A stretch of DNA of 64,000 nt from Pristiophorus japonicus (GCF_044704955.1 NC_091981.1:48298001-48362000), one strand, 5' to 3'; positions 11,833-23,710 are shown, counted from the stretch's first letter. Program-made: numbers and translations. Notes: generated by a model not told the origin, from the sequence alone.

Positions 11833-11879
11833 TGTAGAGCTGTTGAATTGTGAGTGGCTTAGCCAGTCACATGATAATG

Positions 11880-14800
11880 AGAACATAAGAAATAGGAGTA
11901 GGTCATTTGGCTCCTAGAGCATGCTCCGCCATTTTATAAGATCATGGCTGATCTGATCTTGGGCTCAGCTCCGCTTCCCTACCTGCTCCCCATAACCCTT
12001 CACTCCCTTATCGTTCAAAAATATATTCAATGACTCAGTCTCCACAGCTCTCTGGGGATTTACCACCCCCTGAGAGAAGAAATTCCTCCTCATCACAGTT
12101 CGAAATGGGTGACCCCTTATTCTGAAACTATGTCCCCTAGTTCTAGATTCCCCCATGAGTGGAAACATCCTATCTGCATCTACCTTGTTGAGCCCCCTCA
12201 GTATCTTCTATGTTTCAATAAGATCAATTCTCATTCTTCTAATCTCCAATGAGTATAGGCCCAACCTGCTCAACCTTTCTTCATAAGTCAACCCCTTCAT
12301 CTCAGGAATCAACCTAGTGAACCTTGTCTGAACTGACTCCAATGAAAGTATACCCTTCCTTAAATAAGGAGACCAAAACTGTACGCAGTACTCTAGGTGT
12401 GGCCTCACCAATAGCCTGTACAGTTGTAGTAGAACTTCCCTGCTTTTATACTCCAGCCCCCTGCAATAAAGCCCAACATTCAATTTGCCTTCATGATTAC
12501 TTGCTATACCTGCACACTAACTTTTTGTGTTTCATGCACAAGGACCCCCAGGTCCCTCTGTACTGCAGCATTTTGTAATCTCACTCCATTTAAATAATAA
12601 TTTGCTTTTTTATTTTTCCTGCCAATGTGGTAATGTCATACTTTATCACATTATACTCCATCTGCCAAATGTTTGCCCACTCACTTAGCAGCTTCTTTGT
12701 GTCCTCCTCACAACTTGCTTTCCCACCTATCTTTGTATCATCAGCAAACTTGGCTATATTACACTCGGTCCCTTCATCTAAGTCATTAATATAGATTGTA
12801 AATAGTTGAGGCCCCAGTACCAATCCCTGCGGCACCCCACTAATTACCGTTTCCCAAGTGGAAAATGACCCATTTATCCTGACTCTCTGTTTTCTGTTAA
12901 TTAGCCAATCCTCTATCCATACTAATATATTACCCCCAACCCCGTGAGCTCTTTATCTTGTGCCCTAACTTTTTATGTGGCATCTTATCGAATGCCTTCT
13001 GAAAATCCAAATACACCACATCCACTAGTTCCCCTTATCCACCCTGCTCATTACATCCTCAAAGAACTCCAGCAAATTTGTCAAACATGATTTTCCTTTC
13101 ATAAAACCATGCTGACTCTGCTTGACAGCATTATGATTTTCCAAATGTCCTGCTATTGCTTCCTTAATAATGGACTCCAGCATTTTCTCAATGACAGATG
13201 TTAGGCTAACTGGTCCATAATTCCCTGCTTTCTGTCTCCCTCCTTTTTTAAAGAGGGGCATTACATTTACAGTTTTTCAATCCACTGGGACCTCTCTCGA
13301 CTCCAGGGAATTTTGGTAGATTGCAACCAATGCATCCACTATCTCTGCAGCCACTTCTTTTAAGACCCTAGGATGCAGGCCATCAGGTCCAGGGAACTTG
13401 TCCACCTTTACTACCATTATTTTACCGAGAACTTTGTCTTTAGTGTTAGTGATAGTGATTGTTTTAAGTTCCCCCCTCCCTATAGTCCCCTGATTATTTA
13501 TTATTGGGATGTTTTTAGTGTCTTCTAAAGTGAAGATTGATACCAAATATTTGTTCAAAGTCTCTGCCATTTCTCTGTTCCCCATTATTAATTCCCCAGT
13601 CTCATCCTCTAAAGGATCCTCTTCCTTTTTATATACCTGTAGAAGCTCTTATTATCTGCTTCTAGATTTCTTGCTAGTTTACTCTCATAATCCAACTTCT
13701 CTCTCTTTATTATTTTTTTAGTCATCCGTTGCTGGTTTAAAAACATTTCCCAATCCTCTGGCCTCCCACTAATCTTGGCAACATTGTATGCATTGTTTTC
13801 AATTTGATACCATTCTTTATTTTCTTAGTTAGCTACGAATGGTTCTCCCTTCTCTTAAAGTTTTTCCTTCTCACTGGAATATATTTTTGTTGAGAGCTAT
13901 GAAATATCTCCTTAAATATCTGCCACTGCTCATCAACCGTCTTACACTGCAATCTATTTACCCAGTCCACTTTAGCGAACTCTGCCTTCATATCTTTGTA
14001 GTCGCCTTTATTTAAGGACACTGAATTGGAGGGTGAGAAAGTTGGGTCTCAAACTAATTTGAACTTCAACCATGCTATGATCACTCTTTCCTAGAGGATC
14101 CTTTACTATGAGATCATTTATTAATCCTGTCTCATTACACAGTACCAGATCTAAGATAGCCTGCTCCCTGGTTGGTTGCACAATGTACTGTTCAAGGAAA
14201 CCATCCAGAATAACTCTATGAACTCTTCCTCAAGGCTACCTTGGCCAATTTGATTTGTCCAATCAAATATTAAGATTAAAATCGCCCATGATTATTGCCG
14301 TATATTTCTTACAAGCCTCCATTGTTTCTTGATTCATACTCTGTCCAACATTGTGGCTACTGTTAGGGGGCCTATAGACTATGCCCACCAGTGACTTCTT
14401 CCCCTTCTTATTTCTGATCCCCACCCAAACTGATTCTACATCTTGATCTTCTGAGCCAATATCATTTCACTATTGCATTGATCTCATCTTTTATTAACAG
14501 AGCTACCCCACCTCCTTTTCCTTTCTGTCTATCCTTCCAAATTGTCAAATATCCCTAAATATTCAGTTCCCAGCCTTGGTCACCTGGCAACCACATGTCT
14601 GTAGTGGCTAACAGATCATACCCCTTTATATCTATTTGTGCTGTCAACTCATCTATCTTGTTATGAATGCTGTGTGCATTCAGATAAAGAGCTTTTAATG
14701 TTGTCTTTTTACCATTTTTCCCTGCTTTCTGTCCCTTCCTGTCACACTCTGGTTGTCATTTCCTCTATCACTACCCTGCTCTATTGCCTTCTCCTTTCTC

Positions 14801-15050
14801 TTTGACTTTTAAAATTTCTGCTCACCTGAACCCTCCCCCCACTATTTAGTTTAAAACCCTCTCTATAGCCCTAGTTATTCGATTCACTAGGACACTAGTG
14901 CCAGCACGGTTCAAGTGAAGCCCGTCCCAATGCAACAACAGGCGGGGCAGTGGGCGGGTCAATGCAACAACTCCCTCTTACCCCAGTACTGGTGCCAGCA
15001 CACCAGGAATCAAAACCCATTTCTCCCACACCAGACTTCGAGCCATGTGT
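11880..15050 (-). mobile_element. CR1 LINE, 5'-truncated and degenerate
   Basis: Minus-strand ORF pieces PQGLVLGPQLF, KFADDTK, QHGFMKGKSCLTNL and VRPHLEYCVQFWSP. 3' tail ...CCTATTTCTTATGTTC; approximate TSD TGATAATG/TGATGATG. Confidence 0.92.
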
Positions 15051-16079
15051 TGATGATGTTCACAAGACTCAATAAAACCCCAGCCAGTTGGGTTCAGGAG
15101 ATCCACGATGGTGGTTGTGAGCCTGGTGGATGAATTGGTAATGTGTAGTGTGATTGCTAAACCTTTGCAAATAAACCAACTAGTTCTTAAAAGCAATGTG
15201 TTGCTATGAATTCTTAAAGAACCCATGAAGCAAATACATTACAAACACTTTGGGAGTAATGAGCTTAATATGATATAGTTTACAGTCCAAATAGAAAGAG
15301 AAAAGGTTAGTATACAAACAAGGTCATCAGATTAAAATAGGGTAGATTTTAGACAGACCAAGAGTGAGCAAACAGCTAAAAAAGAAAGTTCTTTTATGTT
15401 CAAATCACAGAGGGATAGCCTGCATATTGTAAACTTATGAATGATATGTTAAATACAATGTGTAATTATCCATATAATTTGGAGTGAGATATGTGAGCAT
15501 CAAAAGGCAAGCTAATTTCGGCACTTCAGAAACCTTAAATGTTGGTAAGGTAAATTCCAATCCAATTCTCTGATGTATGCGTGTTAGAAGGGAGTCAGAT
15601 TTGTCTGATATTCTTTGACTAATATTAATATTAACTAATATTGGAATTTTATATACAATATTTCTTACGTAATTTACAGGATTTAAGGGCCGAAATTGAT
15701 GGACCGCACAATTCTCGGCGGTCTCGCGGTGGTCGGTCTATCTTCACCGCCCGGTACCGCTGGGGCGGAGTGCTGGCAACATTGGTCCGGATGATCCTGA
15801 GCGGTGCGTCAGCAGAGTGCGATGGACGGTCTGCTCCAGTGGTGCAGGGTAAGTTGTCTGGGACTTGGGACTCCTCGGGTCCTGAATTCTACGCACGCGC
15901 GCTCTTGCATCGACCGCCGTCCCCTGTCCCCCCCACCGCCGCTGAGAAGAGCAGTCCGGAGGCCAGAGACTGCCAACGTCGGGTCGCGGGTAAGTATAGA
16001 TTTTTAATTGTTTTGTGCAGCATTTTTTATTTATTTATAACACTTATATTGTTATTTATTTTTTAATTTTTGTTTTTCT

Positions 16080-17584
16080 GGGGGGGGGGGGGTGGAATAA
16101 ATCTCTGGGGGGGCGGGGATTAGATCTCTGGGTGAGAGGACTAGATCTCTGGGGGTGGGGGGGACTTAGATCTCTAGGGGGGGCGACTTAGATCTCTGGG
16201 GGGGGACTTAGATCTCTGGGGGAGGGACTTAGATCTCTGCGGGGAGGGGGATTAGATTGCTGGGGGGGGGATTAGATCTCTGCGGGGGGGGAATTAGATC
16301 TCTGCGGGGGGGATTAGATCGCTGGGGGGGGATCAGATCTCTGCGGTGGGGGATCAGATCTCTGCGGTGGGGGATCAGATCTCTGCAGGGGGGATTAGAT
16401 CTCTGCGGGGGGGGGATTAGATCTCTGCGGGGGGGGAAATTAGATCTCTGCGGGGGGGATTAGATCGCTGGGGGGGGATCAGATCTCTGCGGGTGGGAAT
16501 TAGATCTCTGCGGTGGGGGATCAGATCAATGTCGTGGGGTTCAGATCTCTGCGGGGGGGGATTAGGTCTCTACGGGGGGGACTTAGATCTCTGCAGGGGG
16601 GGAATTAGATCTCGGGGGGGGACAGATCTCTGCGGGGGGGGATTAGATCGCTGGGGGGGGGATTAGATCTCTGTGGTGTGGGATTAGATCTATGCGGTGG
16701 GGGATTAGATCTCTGCGGGGGGGGGAATTAGATCTTTGCGGGGGGGGAATAGATCGCTGGGGGGGGGATCAGATCTCTGCGGTGGGGATCAGATCTCTGC
16801 GGGGGGGATTAGATCTCTGTGGTGTGGGATTAGATCTATGCGGTGGGGGATTAGATCTCTGCGGGGGGGGGGAATTAGATCTTTGCGGGGGGGGAATAGA
16901 TCGCTGGGGGGGGGATCAGATCTCTGCGGTGGGGATCAGATCTCTGCGGGGGGGATTAGATCTCTGTGGTGTGGGATTAGATCTCTGCGGTGGGGGATTA
17001 GATCTCTGCGGGGGGGGGATTAGATCTTTGCGGGGGGGGATTAGATCACTGGGGGGGGAATCAGATCTCTGCGGTGGGGGATCAGATCTCTGCGGGGGGA
17101 TTAGATCTCTGCGGGGGGGAATTAGATCTCTGCGGGGGGGATTAGATCGCTGGGGGGGGATTAGATCTCTGCGGTGGGGGATCAGATCTATGCGGCGGGG
17201 GATCAGATCTCTGCGGGGGGGGGATTAGATCTCTGCGGTGGGGGATCAGATCTCTGCGGGGGGGGGGTTAGGTCTCTACGGGGGGGGACTTAGATCTCTA
17301 CGGGGGGGGAATTAGATCTCTGCGGGGGGGAATTAGATCTCTGCGGGGGGGAAATTAGATCTCTGCGGGGGGGAATTAGATCTCTGCGGGGGGGGATTAG
17401 ATCTCTGTGGGGGGGGAATTAGATCTCGGGGGGAGTGGGGGGGGGAAGGGATTAGATCTCTGGGTGCAAGGATTAGGACTAGATCTCTGGGGGTGGGATT
17501 AGATCTCCAGGGGGGATTATATCTCTGGAGGGCGGGGGGGGGGGGGGTTGAAGGACTAGATTGCGGGGAGGGGGGGAGGACTAT
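16080..17584 (+). repeat. G-rich minisatellite, unit about 20 bp (GGGGGGATTAGATCTCTGC); continues at 24159-24420
   Basis: Dozens of directly visible tandem units with variable G-run length. Confidence 0.95.
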
Positions 17585-18289
17585 GGGCTAGACGTTCCAC
17601 TCTTTTTGCATCGATACCGCCCACTTAACGTCCATTTTAACGCTGAGATGAGGTATAACATCCAGATATCACCCATTTAGGCACAAAAATGGAAAATAAC
17701 GTCCATGTATCGATCACTTATCGCCCAACGTTACGTTCGGCATGTAACTAACGCCGAGAATCGCCCACTTTTTTTTTGTAGTAAAGATCAGAATTGCCGA
17801 ATCTAACGCCCAAAATATCGCCGAGCGTTACCTTCGGCACCTTGCACACATATCGCCGAAATGATTTATCGCCGAAAAAACCGCTGTGAAAAAGTTGCTC
17901 TCACCTGAACTAACCACAGTGGTATGGACGCCATTTTGTAAATCACAGGTCGATTCATTTAAAAGGCTGCTTCAACTTCTGGGGAGTTTTTTTAAGGTGA
18001 TTTGAACATCTGAACAAACATCTTATCATACTGTGGATGATTGGAATTTAGTTTAGGTGTCTTAGTGGGAAAAATTATTGTCTGTGAACAATAGGTATAA
18101 TACTGATAGGCCCCATTCCAATAACTGTCATTTCTCAGCCTGTCTTGATGACCACACACACATGCTGCAGCTAGAGATGGCAGAAGGTATATTCAACAGC
18201 ATTACGTGCCCAATCTAAGACATGCCAGACTGCTGAAGAGGATGAGACCTTACACCCCACGCACTTACAGGGAGAAGCGGTCTTACCTT

Positions 18290-18494
18290 CGCTGCCTCAG
18301 GGAGCTGTGGAAGCTGGTACATTGAATAAATTTAAGACAGAGATAGACAGTTTCTTAACCGATAAGGGAATAAGGGGCTATGGGGAGTGGGCAGGAAAGT
18401 GGACCTGAGTCCATGATCGGATCAACCAAGATCATATTAAATGGCGGAGCAGGCTCGAAGAGCCGTATGGCCTACTCCTGCTCCTATTTCTTAT
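18290..18494 (+). mobile_element. CR1 3'-end fragment; second shorter copy at ~21836-21965
   Basis: GCTGTGGAAGCTGG...AGGCTCGAAG...CCTACTCCTGCTCCTATTTCTTAT, the same tail as other CR1 copies in the window. Confidence 0.8.
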
Positions 18495-21421
18495 TGTTAT
18501 ATCTTTAATATTCTTATGAATGACGAGGTCTAGTATTGTACTTGAGCTGTTGTAACCTTAGTCCCATTTATTGTAACTCCAGAGTGAGGCACAAGCATGG
18601 TGGGCAGCCTTTTATACTGGGCCCTGCACACCTATTCAGGTCTCCCACCGCAGGGCCCTCTGGTGGCACACCTTATGTGACTATATAGTTAGTATACATG
18701 GTCTGCATACATGACATCACTTCCCCCTAAGTCCTTAATACAAATTGATTCGTACATTGACGTTAACCTGGGCTTTGTTCTTCCTGGTTGACCATTGGAG
18801 GGTCGCTTCTAGCTTGGGTGGGTTGGTAGTGAGATTTGTTGCTAGTGGAGGTCCCCGTGGTTTCTGGTTGTGAGTCCATGACTACTCCATTCTCCCCACC
18901 ACACAGAGATCATGCTAATAGCTCATTACATGCAAGTTGTATTCAAGTTCATCACATGGGTTTTACATTTACATCTTGGTTGCGGGTGACCCTTCGCTCT
19001 TGGGCATTGCCGTGGTGGCGATTGGGTTTGTGGGCTGCGCCTTTTCCACCCGGGTGGTGGGCAACGGTAGCCGACTGCGAGCATTGGCGCAGTTTACTGT
19101 TTCTGGCCCGTGGCAGTTCATGCCATCGGGTGCCTGCAATGTTAAACCGATTTGAGGCAGGGTATCGCTACCGGTGCCTCTACTCTCCGGGGATCATTTA
19201 CTCTGCGGCTTGTCTACTTCTGTCAGCTGTAGGGACACTTTATGATACATCGTTCTGGTCCCGGGGACGCAGACTACAGCATTGGGTAGCCTGCTGGACC
19301 TGTATACGACCGTTAGGTGTTCGCCCGCTACATTGGCTGATTGCAATTTGCACCCGACATCGCTCAACAACATATTGCTCGTTACAGCTGGACTTTTGCA
19401 TTGGTTACCAATTTCAAGCAGTTGGGTTGCTGGCCTCCTTTAAACTGGCCTTACTACTTTTACCCCAATCATCTTCCTTGAATGGAACCATATGTCGTTG
19501 CTCCATTAGCGCTGCACCTCGTGGTTTGGACGCCATCTTTTCCCTGTCCATGATGTTAACTGCCGCGATCTTCTTTTCCAGGGATTCCGCCATTGAAGCT
19601 GGGAAGGCACCCTCAGATCCAATCTTCCTCCCCAGGAGTCCTGCTACTGAAACCAGGAAGGTGCGTTCGGCCGGGTCATTGCCACGCAGTCGTGATGAGC
19701 GGTCTGTGCCTCAGGGGCTGCACAGATCTACTCTCCAGTGCTTGGTCCAACCGAAGGTGGGGGCTTGCTCTGCCTCTGTGCATGGGGAATGTCGATCGCT
19801 GGAGGGATGAAGTCTTCCCAGTTCCAATGAATCTTCCCCATCCATCTTCTTCCAAGTGGCGTTGGTCCATCACCTGAAACAATTCACAATGGTAAATTGT
19901 GCACCGCGCCATCATGGGATACACGTACATCCGCACTACCAACAACTGATATCAGTTCCTTGGTGCAGGTGCGCAGCTTTGCCTGAACCGGGACCAGCTT
20001 GGGTCGTTCAGCTTGATCGTTCCATAGCCTCTCAAAGGCTTCCTGGCTCATTACTGACTGACTCCCCCACCCCGTGTCCACTTCCATGAAGACTGGAACG
20101 CCATTTATTGCGACTTCCATTATCGCTGGAGGACAATCTGTGGTGCAGGTATATACTCCATACACTTCGTCCTGGGAGTGAGCTGCCTTTCTAGCCATCT
20201 CCTCATAATCTGCGCTGGATTCACAGGCATCTGCTGACTCCTCTTCCACGTGGTGAGTCACAGCTCTTTTGCACATTCGCTGGAGGTGGCCCTTTGTGCT
20301 GCAGCCTTTGCACACATAGTCTCTGAATCGACACTGATGAGCCCTGTGATTACCTCCGCAACGCCAGCATGGTGCTACTCGACTTACGTTTGCACCCCTC
20401 GGCGGACTCTGAATTAAAGTACTCGGGGGGGGGGGGGGGGCCTGTATGCTCTGCCCTGGGCAGATTCACGTTCAACAGTTCTGTCTGTGAAAGGGGCCAT
20501 TCTATTTACAATACTTGCCGGGTTTGAGCCCTGAGAGTGAGTGATCATCTGCTTGGAGCTGCAGCTTGAGGTCCTGAATGCCTGGCTGATGCTGATGGCC
20601 TTCTGCAGAGTGACGGTGGTTCGGCAGACAGTAGCCTGTGAAGAAGGGCCTCATGACCAATGCCAATTATGAAGACGTCCTGCAACGCATCGGCGAGGAA
20701 TGCGCCGAATTCATATGGTCCTGCCAGCCTCCTGAGGTCGGCAGCGTACTTTGCGATTTCCTGGCCCTCGGGGCGGCGGTGTGTATAAAATCGATGCCTG
20801 GCCGTGAAGATGCTCTCCTTCGGTTTGAGTTGGTCCTGAATGAGCACTTTCAGCTCCTCGTATGACTAGTTCGTTGTTTTCTGTGGTGCAAGCAAGTCCC
20901 TGACAAGGCAGTAGACTGCAGGCCCACAACTGGTCAACAGGATAGCTCTGCACTTATCTGCCAGTGTGACCGGATCATCGCCTACCAGGTCGTTTGCTAC
21001 AAAATATTGGTTGAGCTGCTCCGTAAAGGCTTCCCAATCTTCACCCTCTGAGAACTTTTCTAATGCACCAACATTTGTCATTTTTGTGTGAAAGTTCGTA
21101 ATCACGTCGCCAGCTGTTATGTCTTTAATACACTTATGAATGACTCCACGAGGTCCAGTATTGTACTTGAGCAGTTGTGACCTTAGTCCCATTTATTGTA
21201 ACTCCAGAGTGAGGCACAAGCATGGTGGGCAGCCTTTTATACTGGGCCCTGCACATCTATGCAGGTGACCTTCAGGTCTCCCACCACAGTGCCCTCCGGT
21301 GGCACACCTTATGTGACTATAAAATTAGTATACATGGTCTACAACTCTTTTTGGGGAGTACAAAATAACATTAGATCGAGTGCCCCCCAATCTGGGGGAT
21401 ACATGGTCTACATACATGACA
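18495..21421 (-). mobile_element. Internally deleted Gypsy LTR retrotransposon with both LTRs (18495-18716 and 21115-21421)
   Basis: Paired similar LTRs TGTTAT...ATGACA, PBS TGGCGACGTGAT next to the 5' LTR, PPT AGGGGGAAGTGA next to the 3' LTR. Gag (FTARHRFY, CKGCSTKGHLQRMC) and protease (MEVDTG) remnants. Confidence 0.9.
21344..21398 (-). mobile_element. 55-bp Tx1 3'-terminal fragment inside the Gypsy 5' LTR
   Basis: Minus strand TCCCCCAGATTGGGGGGCACTCGATC...AAAAAGAGT resembles the Tx1 array tails (GGGGGCACTTGATTT...AAAAGAGT). Flanked by ATACATGGTCTACA repeats (21330-21343, 21399-21412) and absent from the partner LTR. Confidence 0.78.
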
Positions 21422-21666
21422 AAGTTGCTCTCACCTGAACTAATCACAGTGGTATGGATGCCATTTTGTAAATCGCAGATCGCTTCATTTAAAAGGCTGC
21501 TTCAACTTCTGGGGAGTTTTGAGGAACTGTGGAGTTCTTTTCAGGTGATTTGAACATCTGAACAAACATCTTATCATACTGTGGATGATTGGAATTTAGT
21601 TTAGCTGTCTTAGTGGGAAAAATTATTGTTTGTGAACAATAGGTACAATACTGATAGTTATTGGAA

Positions 21667-22702
21667 TGGGGCCTGTCATTTCTCAGCATGTCTTGATGAC
21701 CACACACATGCTGTAGACTAGAGATGGCAGAAGATATATTCAACAGCATTATGTGCCCAGTCTAAGACGTGCCAGACTGCTGAGGAGGACGAGACCTTAC
21801 ACCCCACGTACTTACAGGGAGAAGCGGTCTTATCTTCCCTGCCTCAGAGAGCTGTGGAAGCTGGAACATTGAATAAATTTAAGACAGAGATAGACAGTTT
21901 CTTAACCGATAAGGGAATAAGAAGTTATGGGGAGTGGGCAAGAAAATGGATCTGAGTCCATGATCTTACCTGAACTTGTCCGATAACATGTGCCTTAGGA
22001 GGCTGCGCTTCCACAAGGAGGTTATCAGTGAGATATGCCAGCTCATCGGGGAGATGTGTAGCCTGCCAGTACCATCAGGACCGCACTGTTCATCGAGATC
22101 AAAGTCACCGTGGCACATTCGTTCTACGCATCAGGTTCCTTTCAGGCCTCAGCTGGTGACATTTGTGGTATATTTCAGCATGCCACACATTGCTGCATTC
22201 GACGGGTCACTGAAGCCCTTTATGCACGCAGGATGGATTTTATCAGCTTCCCTATGACCAGGGAGGCACAGACGGAGAGGGCTCTAGGATTCTACCAAAT
22301 TGCTAACTTCCCCAAGGTGCAGGGAGCAATAGATCGTACGCACAGCGCCATAGAGGCACCTTTTCAGGATGCAGAGGTTTTTCGGAACTGAAAGGGATTC
22401 CACTCCCTGAATGTGCAACTCGTTGTCGACCGCCAGCAAATTATTGTAGCAGTGAATGAAAAATTTCTGGGCAGCATCCATGATGCTCACATCCTGTGTG
22501 AGAGCACTGTATCTGACTTGTTTACCAGTCAGCCACAATGTCACTGCTGGATGCTTGGTGACAAAGGATATGGCCTCGCCACCTGGCTGATGACACCCCG
22601 CTGCGTAACACCCAGACGGAAGCCGAGAAGTGATACGCGAGCCACAGAGCCACACGCAATATCGTCGAGAAAACCATTGGAGTGTTTAAGCAGCGCTTTA
22701 GA
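21667..22702 (+). pseudogene. Harbinger (HARBI1-like) DDE transposase, disrupted and 3'-truncated
   Basis: Motifs FYASGSFQ, FPKVQGAIDRTH, FRN*KGFHSLNVQLV, HDAHIL, WMLGDKGY and LKQRF. Confidence 0.88.
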
Positions 22703-22945
22703 TTTTTTTTTTTTTTTTGAAATTCGTAGCCAATCGTTCCAATTCTTTGTCAAATCACAAACGCCAGAGGTCACCTTGGGCCCATTCAAGGATCACTCTG
22801 CGCCAATGCTCTTAGCCAAAAGGCCTAGAGCCACTGCACCGTTCCTGGAAGTACTGCAATACCAGGTTCGTGCCATGGAGGTGGATGGGTCAGGTCCCCC
22901 ACACACCTCCGTGGAGGTGGATGGGTCAAGCCACCCCACCCACAG
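22703..22945 (-). mobile_element. Poly(A)-tailed retroposed fragment containing U2 snRNA-derived segments
   Basis: Minus strand carries ACCTGGTATTGCAGTACTTCCAGGAACGGTGCA (U2 3' stem-loop IV), then GGCCTTTTGGCTAAGA (U2 5' stem), about 90 nt of unique tail, and A16. Confidence 0.75.
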
Positions 22946-22970
22946 AAGCGATGATGTATACTTTACTCAC

Positions 22971-23710
22971 GTGGCATCACATCAGATTCTGCTGCTGCTT
23001 GCGTAGCTGACCGGGGGTGGCTCCCCACTAGTGCCAGCACCCGCTCCTCAATGTCAGTGAGGTCGCTGATGACTGGTGACTCGCAACCCGTTCGCCGCTG
23101 CTCGGCCCTATTCTTCAAAAGCTTCTTCTGTAAAAGGTAACACCAGCACGACATGGCATGCGATCATTGCATATGATCACTGCTAGATATTGTCACAGAG
23201 ACTGATACAACACATAATCGACAGATGTAATCATGATTATTATGAAAATTATCATTCTTTACCTAAAAACATACACGGTAAACGCAGACTTTGAATAAAA
23301 CATTCCCGGTATAAGTGCAAGACATCACATCTGATTTTAATCACTCATTACACTTACAGTTCAAATTATATAAATATATAAGTAAATGTAATACTTACTC
23401 TGGCTGATCCGCCAAGGTCGTTCCAGCACTTGCGGCACTGGTTGTCCTCACGCACCTCGTTGGTCACAGACGAGACCACCTCGGCTATGTCAGCCCATAT
23501 CTTCTGGTAGACCTTTGGGATGGGCTTCCCACGCCCACCCTGGATCAATTGACTCCAGCGTGATTAGACCCCCTGCAGGAGGGAGGTATTTGCCTCGTCC
23601 GAGAATCTCCTCGCTATTTTTTGTCCTCCCAATTGTTCCTCTCCCACCTCCCTGCTTTTACCAGCGTCAGTCTCCACAGTGTGCTGTGTCACCTCCTCCA
23701 TCCCTTCCAT
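22971..23710 (-). pseudogene. Harbinger Myb/SANT-like DNA-binding protein gene, exons ~23710-23399 and 23127-22971
   Basis: YQKIWADIAEVVSSVTNEVREDNQCRKCWNDL and NRAEQRRTG motifs, with GT/AG boundaries. Exon 3 is lost. Confidence 0.8.

Larger units (their letters stand above)
4486..15243 (+). mobile_element. Solo LTR (about 270 bp when reassembled from 4486-4534, 11846-11878 and 15051-15243), split by the Tx1 array and a CR1
   Basis: Perfect TGTAAT...ATTACA termini. Flanks AGCAC/AACAC form a 5-bp TSD with one mismatch. AATAAA occurs in the 3' part, and the host CR1 sequence rejoins across it. Confidence 0.72.

Noticed and set aside
16257-17228. Gly/Arg-rich ORFs and a CRISPR-like repeat appearance
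   Set aside because: These are translations of a minisatellite; there are no unique spacers, no cas genes, and the context is eukaryotic.
18836-19810. 324-aa plus-strand ORF
   Set aside because: Antisense to the Gypsy internal region with no recognisable motif.
21667-22702. Host HARBI1 gene
   Set aside because: It lies within TIRs and has stops, frameshifts and insertions, so it is a transposon copy.
22810-22867. Functional U2 snRNA gene
   Set aside because: Segments are out of order, the branch-point pairing region and Sm site are absent, and it is poly(A)-tailed.
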